DNA from: Octopus vulgaris
Taxonomy: Eukaryota
Direction: 5' to 3'
Assembly (NCBI GenBank): GCA_951406725.2
Contig: OX597820.1
Location: 82,460,001 to 82,524,000 of the forward strand
Length of the DNA stretch: 64,000 nt
A program made the position numbers and the translations under genes. Shown here one piece after another: positions 25,707-38,736 of this stretch. Positions within the stretch are counted from its first letter, which is position 1; each line of letters opens with the position of its first letter. Below the pieces are notes generated by a model. That model did no database searches. It was given only the letters and a program-made list of their open reading frames with translations, and had not been told where the DNA came from.

Positions 25707-27755
25707 GATGCTACACATATTAACATACACACACACACGTACGCACTTACAATACACGTACGTAAATGCACTGACGCATACACACTAGTGCATATATACC
25801 AACTCAAGTTTATACATTCATGTATACGAACAGAATTATGAATATGAATAAAAATTATACTTATTGTACAGGCTGCCAGCAAGACATTGAAAATATTGAA
25901 AGCTAAAATTATATTCAAGACTGTGTGTCTCCATCTACTTATTGTTATCTTAATCCAAATGAATTGATTTAGATACCAGCTATTATTTTATTACAGCAAT
26001 CTGAAAAACTAATAATAGATATACGAACATGCATATATGGGGAATATATTTTTCTTAGGTATATATTGTAACTACGATCACGTGGTAACTTCATCTTTTC
26101 TGATCAATTTATTTTTTTGGATATTTTCGTATAAGTTCTTGTAGGTCGTTAGGTATAGTAAAGTTCCTAAATCCACCATCAACATCTCTAGACATTCATA
26201 ATTTCATGTTCGGAATTTGATATTATTTTCCTTTACTTTTATTTGCAGCCAGTTTAGGCTCTCTACATGTTTACGCTGGTTTTGTTCTATGTTGTGAATA
26301 TTGCCTCCATCTTTAGTAGTTTACTTTCGCAATGAGCTTCGCAGAAGAGTGACGTGTTGTCTTCCAATGGTTTTCCTATCAGTTCATTTTGTGTTGTTTG
26401 CAACAATGCTTTGCAATCGCGTTTTCATATTCAAACAAATAAGCAAACATTTCGATCTTGTTTTTCTTTATTTACAACAGGAGATTACAATAATTCAAGG
26501 AAAATGTTGCTTCAGGTTTAACATTAATATATTAGGGTTACAGTTTAGGATTTAGGACTAAGGTATAGTGTTCAGGGTTAGAGTTACACAGAATGGGGAA
26601 AATAATAAAATAATTAATGAATGCTTTTCATTATACACACACTTATAATGTCCAAAATTTAAAAAAGTGAAACCCGGCACAAAACAAAACCAAAAAAAAA
26701 GCAAACAATTATATGGAAAAATGCCATAAGAAGAAAATGTATGACAGGAGGAGGTTTTTGCACATCTTAATCGTGTATTCTATTAATATATTGATTGGAT
26801 TGTCCCACTGGTGTATTAAGTAATATTATTGAGTAATATAGTTATTAACAATTTGTATACACAAAAGGGAAAATCCGTGGAACCGTCCACCTTACTTTGA
26901 AGACTGTGTAGGTATACCGTCACAAGCAGAGATTGGGTGTAAAATATCTTTTGTCAGTGAGTATTTCATAATGCTGAGTAATATAAGAGTAGTGGTCAAG
27001 AATATAGAATATGACACACATAACAAACTCGGGGTCGTATTTATAAGGCAATATATGTTGTTAAGAAGCGCACAGATAGCTAGAAATATTATGTGATAGG
27101 GAGAGGTTAAAATAGTCTTGTATTTCGTTGTGACTTCTCAGGGCCACAAGGCCATTCCAGGACTGCGTTGCATTTTGGGTGCTGAATCAGAGTTAAGAAA
27201 AGTGACGGTGAGGGAAAAGAAACCAGTTTTTATATAAAGGAGAGCAAAAGCTACTTGGGAGATTTGTGTCCCGAAGAATTTCAAAATCGAAGAAATAATG
27301 AAGAGGTTCTAGTTGATGCCCTCGAAATAGTGGAGGAGTTTATTTTAATCTGGGTCTTTGAAGCTAATGATAGAAACTCCTTCATCTGGGTCATGGCCAA
27401 CAATAGTAGTGAATGGTAAACAATGAAAAGCTGCAGTTCAGTGAAAGGCCAGAAAAACTGCCATGTCGTTGATTCCAGACAGTGTGACGCCTTCTCGTAA
27501 CTGATGCTATCACTTCATCGTCTGAGACAATAGAAACATAATACAGACCAGAAGAGAGCGGACAATTAGTGGAAAAAAGAGGATGGACAAATGGCGAAAG
27601 GCGGGCCTGACTTAATGGGTGTAAAATACCAGAAATGGAGAAAGACGATGACGACAACACTGACATCAAATTCAACATCGTTGGCAGAAAAGCAGAATCT
27701 TATTAACAAAATGGCGGAGAAATATTGGAATGCCTATATTTTAGATGTACTAATG

Positions 27756-27915
27756 GGCGCAGGCGTGACTGTGTGGCAAGAATATTGCTTCCCAACCACA
27801 AGGTTCCGGGTTCAATCCCACAGCGTGACACCTTGGGTAAGTGTCTTTTACTCTAGCTTCGGGTCGACCAAACTTTGTGAGTAGATTTGGTAGACGGAAA
27901 CTGAAAAAGTATGTC

Positions 27916-27963
<48 letters not shown>

Positions 27964-28170
27964 GTGTGTGAGTGTATGTTTGTATCTGTATCTGTCTCCT
28001 CATTATCACTTGGCAACCGATGTCGGTGTGTTTGCGGCCCCGTAGATTAGCAGTTCGGCAAAAGATACCGATAGAATAAGTACTAGACTTACAAAGAATA
28101 ATAAGTCCTGCAGTCGATTTCTTCAAATAAAACCCTTTAAGGAAGTGCTCTCAAATGATTAAAACAAAAG
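27756..28170 (+). mobile_element. near full-length family-B (CORE-type) SINE with internal (TA)n
   Basis: ggcgcaggcgtgactgtgtggcaag, ccgggttcaatccc (B box), caccttgggtaagtgtctt (core), gatagaataagtactag. Confidence 0.9.
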
Positions 28171-28987
28171 AATATTATTAAAAGCTAAAGCAAAAAGATC
28201 CAGCAGACGAACTCTAGTGCAATCAGTGGCAGAAAAGCGGAATTGAAAGTACTCTCGTCAGGGTAGGAAATTTTAAATATATGTTTTAGAGTAACATCAC
28301 ATTTTAATTACATTGTTTTTGTAGTTATGTTAGTTTCATTATATTTTACACACTTTTCTAAATAGTCTTTCTTTTTCTTGTCTTACGTTAGTAACAGATA
28401 CTCGTTTATATATAGCGTTGCCAATTTAGCACCATACATTTCTGTTACCATTCTGCATTTTGCATGCCATATTTTGCAAGCTTGAATGAAATTCATCGTT
28501 ATTATTCTCAGTTTTTAAAATAAATAAATATAGAATGATAATAATATCAATAATAATAATGATTATTGTTGATGTTATTATTATTATTATTGACTACTCT
28601 GTGTTGCGTTTATGATTAATCGATATGAATTCACCATTATTACAATATCTGTTAAAGCAGCATAGTTCTGTCCTTCAGACAAATCTTGACTGTGTCTATG
28701 AAGACTCGGATTTATGATTTTCTTTGACAATAGAAATCTATATGAACTTCTTTCTTTTGGGCTTAGGCTGAAGTAACGAAACACGTGTTAGGTTCCAACA
28801 TTAACAAGCGTTTGTTTGCCGCTGGTTAACCCCATTGTATCAAAGTTAAAGCAGGTTGTAAAGAAGATTGATTTATAGAGTATTGGTATCAATACAAATG
28901 CTAGCCTCAAGTGTTTCAAGCCCACAATCTTATGTCTTACATACTTTTGGTTAGGTTATTAGTGTGAATATCGATGGAAAATATGAG

Positions 28988-29021
<34 letters not shown>

Positions 29022-30497
29022 AATCAATATTCATACAAATACACACATGTGTGTGTGTGTGTGTGTATGTATACATAAGCTTACATATACACCTGTGAAT
29101 ATGTATATGTGTGTGTATACATACATATATACATACACACAAACACATTTATTCACTGGATATTGGTTTTTTTTTGTCTGCTTGACACTTTGGCAGACGA
29201 AATACAATTAGATTAATCAAGAATGAAAAAAAAAAGGAAAAAGAAACTTATTTCTTAAGATGAATTATCAACGACTCATGAAAGAGAGAGAGATTGAGAG
29301 AGAGGGAGAGAGAGAGAGGGAGAGATGGAGAGAGACTGTTCGTTTCGAAAAGACACGAAGAAAAAGGAAGGTAAGTAATGCTGTAATTAATATATATATC
29401 TACATACTTATGTATATATATATATATATATATATGTATACAAATATATTTGTACACACACACACATATATATATATATACAAATATATTTGTACATATA
29501 TATATCATCATCATCATCATCATATATATATATATATATATATATACACTCATACATACATTCATACATACATACACACACACACACACACATATATATG
29601 TATATATATGTGAAGTTTATTTTAATTAGATTTACAGCTCAATGCTTACCAATAACTCTTAGAAAGAAACCGAGATAAACATAAATATAAATTAAATAGT
29701 AAATTCCAATAAATAAGAAGTTTTCAACTACCTTTTTGTTGTTGAAGGTTTTTGTTATTTTTGATTACCTTTTTTTTAAAACTTTTAATTGTTTTTGGAA
29801 TAGACTCAGATATCGGAATGAAGTTATAAATTTGTGCAAATTTGAAGAAATAATCTAGTTTGACTAGATTCTCTGTGAAATATTCGTCAAAATTACAAAG
29901 TACAAAGTGAAAATAATATAACGAATGCATCATATACATATATATGCACACATATATACATGGACTTATACATAGAGACGCGCACATATACACATATCGA
30001 CGTAGTTCACCTCTATCAACTCAGTCGCATAAATACACACGTATATGTATATACATATATAGGTATATATACATATATATGTATATTTATATATATATTT
30101 ATATATATATATATATATAAATATATATACATACATATGTGTGTGTAAGAACGAGAGAGAAAGAGAGAGAGAGAGTGTGTGTGTGTGTATGTGTGTGTAT
30201 GCATGTATATTTAGTTGGATGCATGAACTAAATAAAAGCAATATGAATTAAAAGAAAATTCAGTTGAAATCGAGATATCGGTTGATTTGATAAACGTTCA
30301 TGTTGCTTGAGATTTTCGAGATATACGTTATATTGTTGACAGATACTGCTACACTAATTATATTAATGATTTAAATATATTAGTTAGCAACACAAATTTG
30401 GAATACACCGATTCACCGATTTGGTTTCTATTCCCAGTTGTAATTATACAAAAAAAAAAACACTAAAAAAAACAAACTTAAATATCATTATTATTAA

Positions 30498-31955
30498 ACG
30501 TCGTCAAATCGGTGGGTTGCAGTTGGGTTCCTGGAGAGGCAGGACGATGACATCAGACGGCGTCGTCGGACGCTAGACCAATGGACCAATTAAAGTGCTT
30601 GGGCTCTGGTTTGGTTCTGACCTTCAGATTGATAAGAACTGGGATGAGGTGGAGACCAGGGTGGTCAGTCTTACCCAGAAATGGGCTGAAAGAAAGCTGG
30701 CCCTGAAAGGTCGGGCTGAGGTGGCGAATGCTTACATCGCCTCTGTTATCATTTATCACCTTACTACCGTCATGCCTTGTCCCGGTTATTGCTTGACCAG
30801 GCTGGAGCGTTTTTATTTAAATTCTCGTGGAAGGGATGCGTTCCAATGGTCAGGCGGTCAGTATGTTGTGCATTAGGTATGCCACGCTCTTGGGTTACGT
30901 CACCTGCAACAGTGAACGTGTGTGGGCTCCGTTTGTGAGGCACGTCTTTCCGCAGCGCGTCTTCGTGACGGAGCTGCAGTAATGGGCGAAGAAAGGACCG
31001 AGACTAGGTACCTGGCACATAGAATGTCGTCAGGTGCTCACAACCCTCTACCAGTCGGGGTATGGAATCGATGGATGTTCCGCTTTAAAATTTTTTAGAG
31101 TATTAGAGGCGGGGAAAGTGCGACGATGTTCTCTGGGAAACTGTGGGCGCCGATGAGAAGGAACTGACTAGTCTATTTCGGAGGACTTTCATAGATTTCG
31201 GAGGAACTATCATAGATAATTTCCAGATGTTCTTGACCTGGCAGTGCTACCGGGGAGAAGGGGCGCTATCGGTTCCAGATAAACTCTACAGGCACGGATT
31301 TGCTGTCAGACGGACTTATCCAAGGTGCGCACAGAGTGACGAAACCGTTCTGCACGCCCTCGTTCAGTGTCAGAGCACGTCTGACTTGTGGGATTGAACA
31401 GCTGCTGTCATGTGTGGGACGGATCCGTCTGTCAGCCGAGTCTGTAGTGATGATCGCATCGCCGCCCTCCTTCAATCGTGCAGGCAAGGCAGTTTTCCTT
31501 TGCCTGGTGGCTGTAGTGAAAGAGGTTGTTTGGTGGACAAAGCCGAAATGTATGAGGACAGATACATTCCTCTTTGGCAGAGCTCTCATTGACCCTTCAA
31601 ATTTCACCTGAAAACGAAATTGAGAATGGAGAGGGAAGTGCTGTCCTCAAGTGAGTGTATTGAAAGGTGGTTGAAAGTTGTGAAAATGGCAAGAGTTGAT
31701 GTTACCTCTCTAAGTGTAGATCTGGGAATCGGAGAGAAGGAATTGGAAAGGGTACTTGCTCTTAGGGTGTCAGGGAAATCTCGGACAGTGGGGTTCCTCG
31801 ATTATACCTAGAGGTCTTCCTGTAACAAGAGAGTCACATCTCTGTCATCTTCATCGCCATTTTTAAACCTTTGTATGATATGCATATGTCCCTTCTTTTC
31901 CAGCGTATACTTACTTCTTTTTTATCATTTCATTATAGGTCAACTCCCACACTTT
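30498..31955 (+). mobile_element. Tx1/L1-type LINE ORF2 3' remnant (older copy)
   Basis: LGLWFGSDLQIDKNWDEV..KWAERKLALKGRAEVANAYIASVI; CAQSDETVLHALVQC; homologous to 59698-61135. Confidence 0.88.
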
Positions 31956-32011
31956 ATAAATTATTTACATTATTTACATTTGACGGATATTTGTACTCAT
32001 CTTGCTTGTTA

Positions 32012-32057
32012 ACATAACTTTTCGGCTGATATATACCCCCCAGCCTTCATCGGGTGT
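32012..32057 (-). ncRNA. mutated minimal type-I hammerhead motif
   Basis: acac-CCGATGA-a-ggctg...cagcc-GAAA-ag-TT-atgt. Confidence 0.7.
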
Positions 32058-32105
32058 CTTGGGGAAATTTCGAACCTGGATTCTCATTCCCAAGGTATTT
32101 TTCGA

Positions 32106-32174
<69 letters not shown>

Positions 32175-32371
32175 CATTATTATTATTATTGAGTAAGAGA
32201 GCAGTTCATGCCATCAAAGTGACACTGGGATAAAATATACGAAGCCCAGTATACCCATCATGACTACCCGTCTGTTAAGGGTACACCAGGCACATGCATC
32301 ACAACCATATGTGCGCGACATGGTGATCTTTACCCTAGTGCACTTCGATGGCATACACTGCTCTCTCACTC

Positions 32372-32409
<38 letters not shown>

Positions 32410-32459
32410 GATCGAAAAATACCTTAGGAATGAGAACCCAGGTTCGAAATTTCCCCAAG

Positions 32460-32503
32460 ACACCTGATGAAGGCTGGGGGGTACATCGGCTTAAACGTTG
32501 TGA
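32460..32503 (+). ncRNA. mutated minimal type-I hammerhead motif
   Basis: acac-CTGATGA-a-ggctg...cggct-TAAA-cg-TT-gtga; lesions differ from the minus copy, so the two-copy consensus is intact. Confidence 0.72.
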
Positions 32504-32686
32504 TAACAGCAAACAAGATGAGGACAAATATCGTCGAATGTAAATAATGTATATAATTCTTCGTCTCTTGAATATAGAACTGTATTCCCACATTTTATGC
32601 CTACCTCTGTATTGTCCGCCACATCCTTCGTCCTTGTGGCAAATAAATGAAATCATTACTCTCCTCCTCCCGTTCCTCCTCCTCAC

Positions 32687-32746
<60 letters not shown>

Positions 32747-33093
32747 GGCGGCGAAAAGGTATTTCGTCCGCCTTTACGTTCTGAGTTCAAATGCCAGCGA
32801 GGTCGGCTTTGCCTTCACATTTTCATATTTCCGAAAGTTCCGCGCAAATTGGTGTTTATTTTTCTGAACGTTTGTTGATCACAACAACATGGGGTTGATC
32901 AAGTTAAGTGTAGGGCTTTGACCGGATTTTTTCTTTTAACTTCCACTGGAAATTTAGAATAAAAGTCTAAAAGTAGCGTCGATTTTGATAACCAACAGAA
33001 AAGAGTGAATAGCAGGAGGAGTTATAAGAAGGGAGAGAAGTTGCTGTTATAGTGTTTCCTATTACCCCTTTCACGGAGGAAAAAATTTCTGTG

Positions 33094-33328
33094 CAGTAAT
33101 CCCTCGCCATATCGCGGTTCACCAATCGCGCACACAGTACATCGCAGTTCGCCTATCGCGCACTCAGTAAATCATGAATTTTTCTGGCTAATATATGTAA
33201 ATTTATATCGTGGACTCCTCAGTATATCCGGGTTTCTGCGGTCGAGAGCTATTTATATATTTTCAGATTTTAATTATTTCTGTAGAAAGTTTTGGAACGT
33301 AACACCTGCAATAGTCGAGGGATTACTG
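33094..33328. mobile_element. pogo/Tigger-like MITE
   Basis: 13-bp TIR cagtaatccctcg / cgagggattactg, TA on the right flank, internal atcgcg repeats. Confidence 0.85.
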
Positions 33329-36300
33329 TACTCCTAATCAACGACCGAAGCAGCAGCACCACCACCACCATAATTTCAATTGCGTTCATATGCACTCGTT
33401 GAGAAAGAGAAGTTGAAGTATTACCAACAGCAGTGACAACTTTCACGAAATAGAAACACGAACAAGAACAACAACGACAATCTCTCGAGGAAAGTTATTC
33501 TTTGCTGAGTACCAAGTCATATGATTCCAGAAGACTGACGATCAAAGGTATTCTAAACATGACCATCTCGGTTTTTTTAAGAATGACTTGGAGTGCCTTC
33601 TAGATTTGTGTGTGCTTGGAAGGAAGATTGTTGCTGATTTTAGCGGCTCAAAGTAACAACGAAGAGAGTCCCCTGTTGGCGCAATTTTACTCCTAGGTTG
33701 AGCTTTATGCGATGAGTAATTTTCTTTGTTTTATTATTAAGTATTATTGAAGACTGCGTTCTTCCAATGAGTTCTCTGCTTTTCCAGTTACATAAATCAT
33801 AATCATTTCTCTGCCAGGACTTCTATAAGTGTAGTGAAATCTTACCTTGTGGAATAAACATGTAGACACAACAAAACAGGCAGTTTATATTTAACAGATT
33901 ATGAAAACGGCGTTGTTAGTTAAAGATGGCAAAATTTTAAAGAAAAATAAAGAACTCGCTACGTTTACAAAGTATTTCTGGTGTGATGTAATATTTAGAA
34001 ATACTTCTTTACAGTATAAACTACAATTTATACTTTAGGTACAAGTAAATGATTGTTATTTAGGGCGTTCCCAAGTCTTTTAGTAATGCAAAGTGGCTTT
34101 CGTCAGCTGAAAGCTAACCTGACTACATGCTAGTTACTCAACTCTTTCTCTATGTTATTTGTAAGAATATTAAAATCTCACATTAATCTAATGAAACACA
34201 TTAGTAGCTGAGTAGTTTATTCAATGAATCAATTTCACTTACATATTTACTACTTCTTTCGCCACTCTTCTTTTTCCTGAAGCCATGCTGGAACACTGAA
34301 TCCAATGATTTCAATCCACAATTATGACTTGTATTTATTTCATCGTTCTCGTAAGATACCAAACCCAAAGTGGACGTTGGTATAATGAAGCTTATTCAGA
34401 AAAGAATACAACAGGGTATCTCCGTTCGAATGCATTTGTGTTAATTTCACGCTTGCATAACCATACTACACGCGCACACACACACACACACACACGCACC
34501 CCCTCACACACGCACGCATACACCCACACGCACACATACTTTCTCTCTCCCTCCCCCTCTCTCTCAAACACACACATATATATGTCGTTCATACAACATA
34601 TTCATACATAACCCCGAAAAATAATTATCCGGTTGTGCACTGTTTTTTTTTTTTTTGTATATCTGAAAATGATTGTCTATATAGTCTTATCAATGATACT
34701 TTATTGATAACTACTTACCATGAGATATAATCGAGGAAGTTTGAGTGGTCAATGTGTCAAGGGAAATTTGCCCGATACTAATCGCATTAGGTAACTTGCG
34801 TTGCTTACAGCAGGGCGTTTCTGTTATATGTTACAACAGTATCAACATTTTAATAGATAAGCACATCTATTTGATTTTATCTATTAATACCTTAAATTTC
34901 CCCTATTGCAGGCAGGTGTAATTGATACTCTTTCATGCTTAATTTGAAGACAGACACCCTGTTTCAATTTTCTTGATACTAGCTCGTAACTCAAAGCTCC
35001 ACAGTTTTAGGGGGTTCCATTATTCATATTTAAGTTTTTCCTTGAATGTAAGCATTCCCTTCATGTTTTTGGGAGTGCATCATTTTATTTAATACTTTGC
35101 ATTTTGGCAATTGAACTCAATGACATGTGTCGAAATATTTTGATTTGTGTCTCATTAGTATTCTTTACACTTTACATACACACACACACGCACGCTCGCA
35201 CAGAGACATGTACAGAGATTCGATCAAACAGACAGAAATAGGACTCAATACATGGGTATATATTCGGCAGAAAGTTGCAAAAGTAACCAAAGAGTCGAGT
35301 GTTTCGTGTTGACGCTTTTTAAATATGCAGTTTCTGCTTATCAAACTTTACAGATTATTTGTCAAACCTGAAACTATGACGGAAAAAGCCTTGCTCAAAG
35401 TCCCCTCAATGGAATGCAATGGTTGATGGAATGACTTGAACTCACAATTTTAGTTAGACAAGTATTCTATCGCATTAATGACTTCACCATCTTTAAAAGC
35501 CATGTAGATTTTATAAAGCCTCTCCCTCAGCTAGTAGTTATAGATAAACACACTCTATTATTTGTATAAGTTAATAGAAACTCTGGTAATCGTATATCAC
35601 ACTTAGGAAAAGTATTGTTAGTCGCAGCTGGAATGTCTTTAATCACAATTCAATTCTATTAGTCCTGAACTGGGATAAAACTGCAATAAGAACTCTCACA
35701 GTTTTTCAGTGCAGAAACTATCAAAAGAGTAACGTTTTTAAGAAACATATGAATTTATATGGAGAAAGAATACTAGGAGAAGGGAAGAATAGTAGAGGAA
35801 TTCTAACGAAATAAACAAATATTTCCATATTGTTAAGCAACAATATTTTTGAGGGAGAGTTTCTTTACACAACCCGATATGTTATGAACCTCTTTGCTTA
35901 CGTTCTAAGCCTCTTTGCTTTGACAAGCCATCAACCCATGTATAAGCTGCATTGTTCTTCAGGCTGTCAAACAATTTCACTTGAAAATTCACACGTCTCT
36001 TGTATCCATTATTTACGAAATTGCATAAAAGAAATAATTAAAAGCAAACCAAAGGAAGCGACAATAACGCCTATTTGATGATAGGAGAGTTTGTTGTCGT
36101 CGTTAAGTGTCTTATTCCTTAATGTTAAATAATCTCAGGTTGGACTCTTGCTAAGAACCTTTTGTTGCTGGAAATAAAGGTAATAAAATTCTTATCCACA
36201 AAGCTGTTGAAATTTACATTTCAGTAATGGCAGCCATATTGAGCTGATGTCAGCATTGGGATTACTGAGTATGTTATCAGTAAGAGCTTATACATCCTGC

Positions 36301-36495
36301 TGCTTTGCTTTCCTAAATTTCCACTATGGTTTTCCATTAATTTTTGACATTTTATTCTTTAAAGGTTTATGATTTCCTTTCCTACTCTGTATATATTCAA
36401 CCAATTCCCAGTTAGATATTTCTTCTCTAAGGCTTCTTGATATTTCTTTATTGCGATCCTTTGAGGTCTCGCAGCCTTTATTGCGAGAGCTTATG

Positions 36496-36584
<89 letters not shown>

Positions 36585-36819
36585 GAGTTCACAAGTTCTA
36601 ACCATTTCTATGTTTAACTTGTGTGAGAATTCTGCAGAGTATAGAATAGAGAAAAGAGTTCTGTTAGTATGTCTATAGGTGGACAGACTTAAAATTTTTT
36701 TGGATGCTTATTTATTGCAGAAAGGTAGAGAGACGGTACAACTGGGCTTAAATAATAAATTTTATTTGAGTTTGACTGCAGGCCTTTTATTATGTTTTCG
36801 GTACTTTTAGTTACGAAAG

Positions 36820-36973
36820 TGCCGGTATGGGTGTGATAATGAGTTTACTTCCCAAGCACATGGTTACGGGTTCTGTCCCACTGCGTAGTATCTTGGGAGA
36901 GTCTTCAGCTATAGCTCCAGACCACCAAGATATTGCGAACTGATTTTGTGGACGGAAACTGAAAATAAGCCCG

Positions 36974-36975
<2 letters not shown>
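36820..36975 (+). mobile_element. family-B SINE 5' fragment
   Basis: cttcccaagcacatggttacgggttctgtcccactgcgtagtatcttggg...gacggaaactg. Confidence 0.78.
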
Positions 36976-37038
<63 letters not shown>

Positions 37039-37952
37039 GTCGACTTCAGGGATGTACACGCGACGCTGCATACATACTTTCGTAAACACACACACATACA
37101 AACCAAACAAACAATGCACACACACATACACACATATACATTCATATACATACATACATACATACATACTTACATACTTATTGCAGGAAAATGTTAGTGA
37201 AGTTTAAAGTTTAATCATTTTCACCTAATCAGAAAACGGATTTAGAAGCTGGCATTTTCTGCATGATAGTTGTCTATCACAAAATGAAAGCGAGATCATT
37301 ATACGAGGAGGAATTTTTATAAAACAAACGAAAGCAAACCATTACGACGACCAAAGTTGTAAGAACTTCTTAAGTTTTAATAAGGTTTTTGTTTGCTTTT
37401 AAACGTTAGTTCAATATTAAGAGTAGCAGAATTTAGATTATTATTTCTTAGAGTAAATTGACAAGACTTTTGCTTTCAGATAGTATGATTGGATTTTCAG
37501 AGTAGCAGGATTCGGATTTTTAAAAAAAATTTCAGGGAAGTTAAAAACAGTAGTTGAATTGCAGGTTCTATTTTTATTTTGCATTTTATTCATCAAAATT
37601 TAAAGATACAAAATTTTTTTGTTTCTTTCTTTCAATGGGCAAACTTGAAGGTTTCTAGTAACGCTGTTCAGAAAAAGCAAAAGGGTAGGTGGTTCCTCGT
37701 GCCTTACGTTGGATGCATTGGCTATTTTTGCATTTAAAAAATCCTTTTTATATTAGCGAATGCAGCGAAACCCTGTCCACATAACTTTTTCTTATTTTTA
37801 GAATTTAAGAAAAAATATGGGTAAATTTAAAAAAAAAACAGAGCATAAAATCGTTATTTTAATTGTCATCAACACTGAAAAATAACTCAAATATTTTTAA
37901 ACAAAATAATATTTATTAGTCTTATTGCATTACCTGGAGAAAAAGTAGATTA

Positions 37953-38631
37953 CAATGAAAAATGCGGACGCATGCATGTTAATATTCTTAAGGTTTTACA
38001 CCTGGAAATGTACAGAACAAGATTTCTACAGTAGAATTTGCCTAATTCGTCACCTCTAAAGGAAACTAAAACGTACATAAAATTAAAATTCTACTGTACT
38101 TTAAATACTGCAGCCGAGAATGACATTTTTAAAATTAAAATAATGCATATTAGGTAAATTTGAGATAATTTCTTTTATTTATTATGAGAATCTAAAAAAA
38201 AAGAAAATTTTTAAAAACATGGTATAAAAATAATCAAAATTAAATTTAAACAATTTTTTTGTTTGAAATCATGTCCTTTGAAATATACAATTAAAATTTT
38301 ATTTAGTTGTATCATGTACAAACAATAAAATATGAAGTTGTAAATAATATTGCACAAGATTTTTTTGCATTTGAATTGAAATCCCATTATGAAAAATAAA
38401 AAAAATCATTGATTGCACTAGAATGATTATTAAATGGTTTCAAATCATCCATATGCCCAGTCAATTCTTCCACATTAAAAAAATAGAATTTAATTAGATA
38501 AATAAATCATAAGTAAAATATATTAGTTAGCATTAATACAGTAATTCGTCTTTGACTAATTCGTTCCTTCACCTAATTCGTCACTTTCAATTTTCTCCTA
38601 GGGATGACTAATTTGCCCGCATTTTTCATTG
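37953..38631. mobile_element. Tc1/mariner-type MITE with a nested 68-bp mini-MITE (38029-38096)
   Basis: 15-bp TIR caatgaaaaatgcgg / ccgcatttttcattg with TA on both flanks; inner TIR cagtagaattt / aaattctactg also TA-flanked. Confidence 0.75.
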
Positions 38632-38668
38632 TAATATATATGTGTATCACCGTCTCTCTCTCCTTCTT

Positions 38669-38736
<68 letters not shown>

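Larger units (their letters stand above)
31958..32584. mobile_element. fold-back composite: hammerhead unit(-), (TAT)n, repeat X(-), repeat X end(+), (AAT)n, hammerhead unit(+) plus ~30-bp tail
   Basis: 31958-32107 is the reverse complement of 32411-32558; 32191-32234 is the reverse complement of 32329-32371. Confidence 0.9.

Noticed and set aside
26950-27400. Possible minus-strand Penelope endonuclease remnant
   Set aside because: Only vague Cys spacing; no convincing GIY-YIG motif.
28587-28784. 65-aa minus-strand ORF with an acceptor-like ttacttcag
   Set aside because: No recognisable domain; a host exon cannot be excluded or supported without RNA-seq.
28744-28797. GAAA-cacgtg-TT with a possible closing stem gaactt/aggttc
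   Set aside because: No CUGANGA core or stem II in the right place.
29340-29376. Strong splice-donor-like AG|GTAAGT
   Set aside because: No credible upstream exon or acceptor; it is flanked by (GA)n and (TA)n.
35919-35971. Minus-strand tttgacagc-CTGAAGA...gcttgtcaaa hairpin
   Set aside because: It lacks the GAAA and UH elements; at most a very decayed hammerhead.
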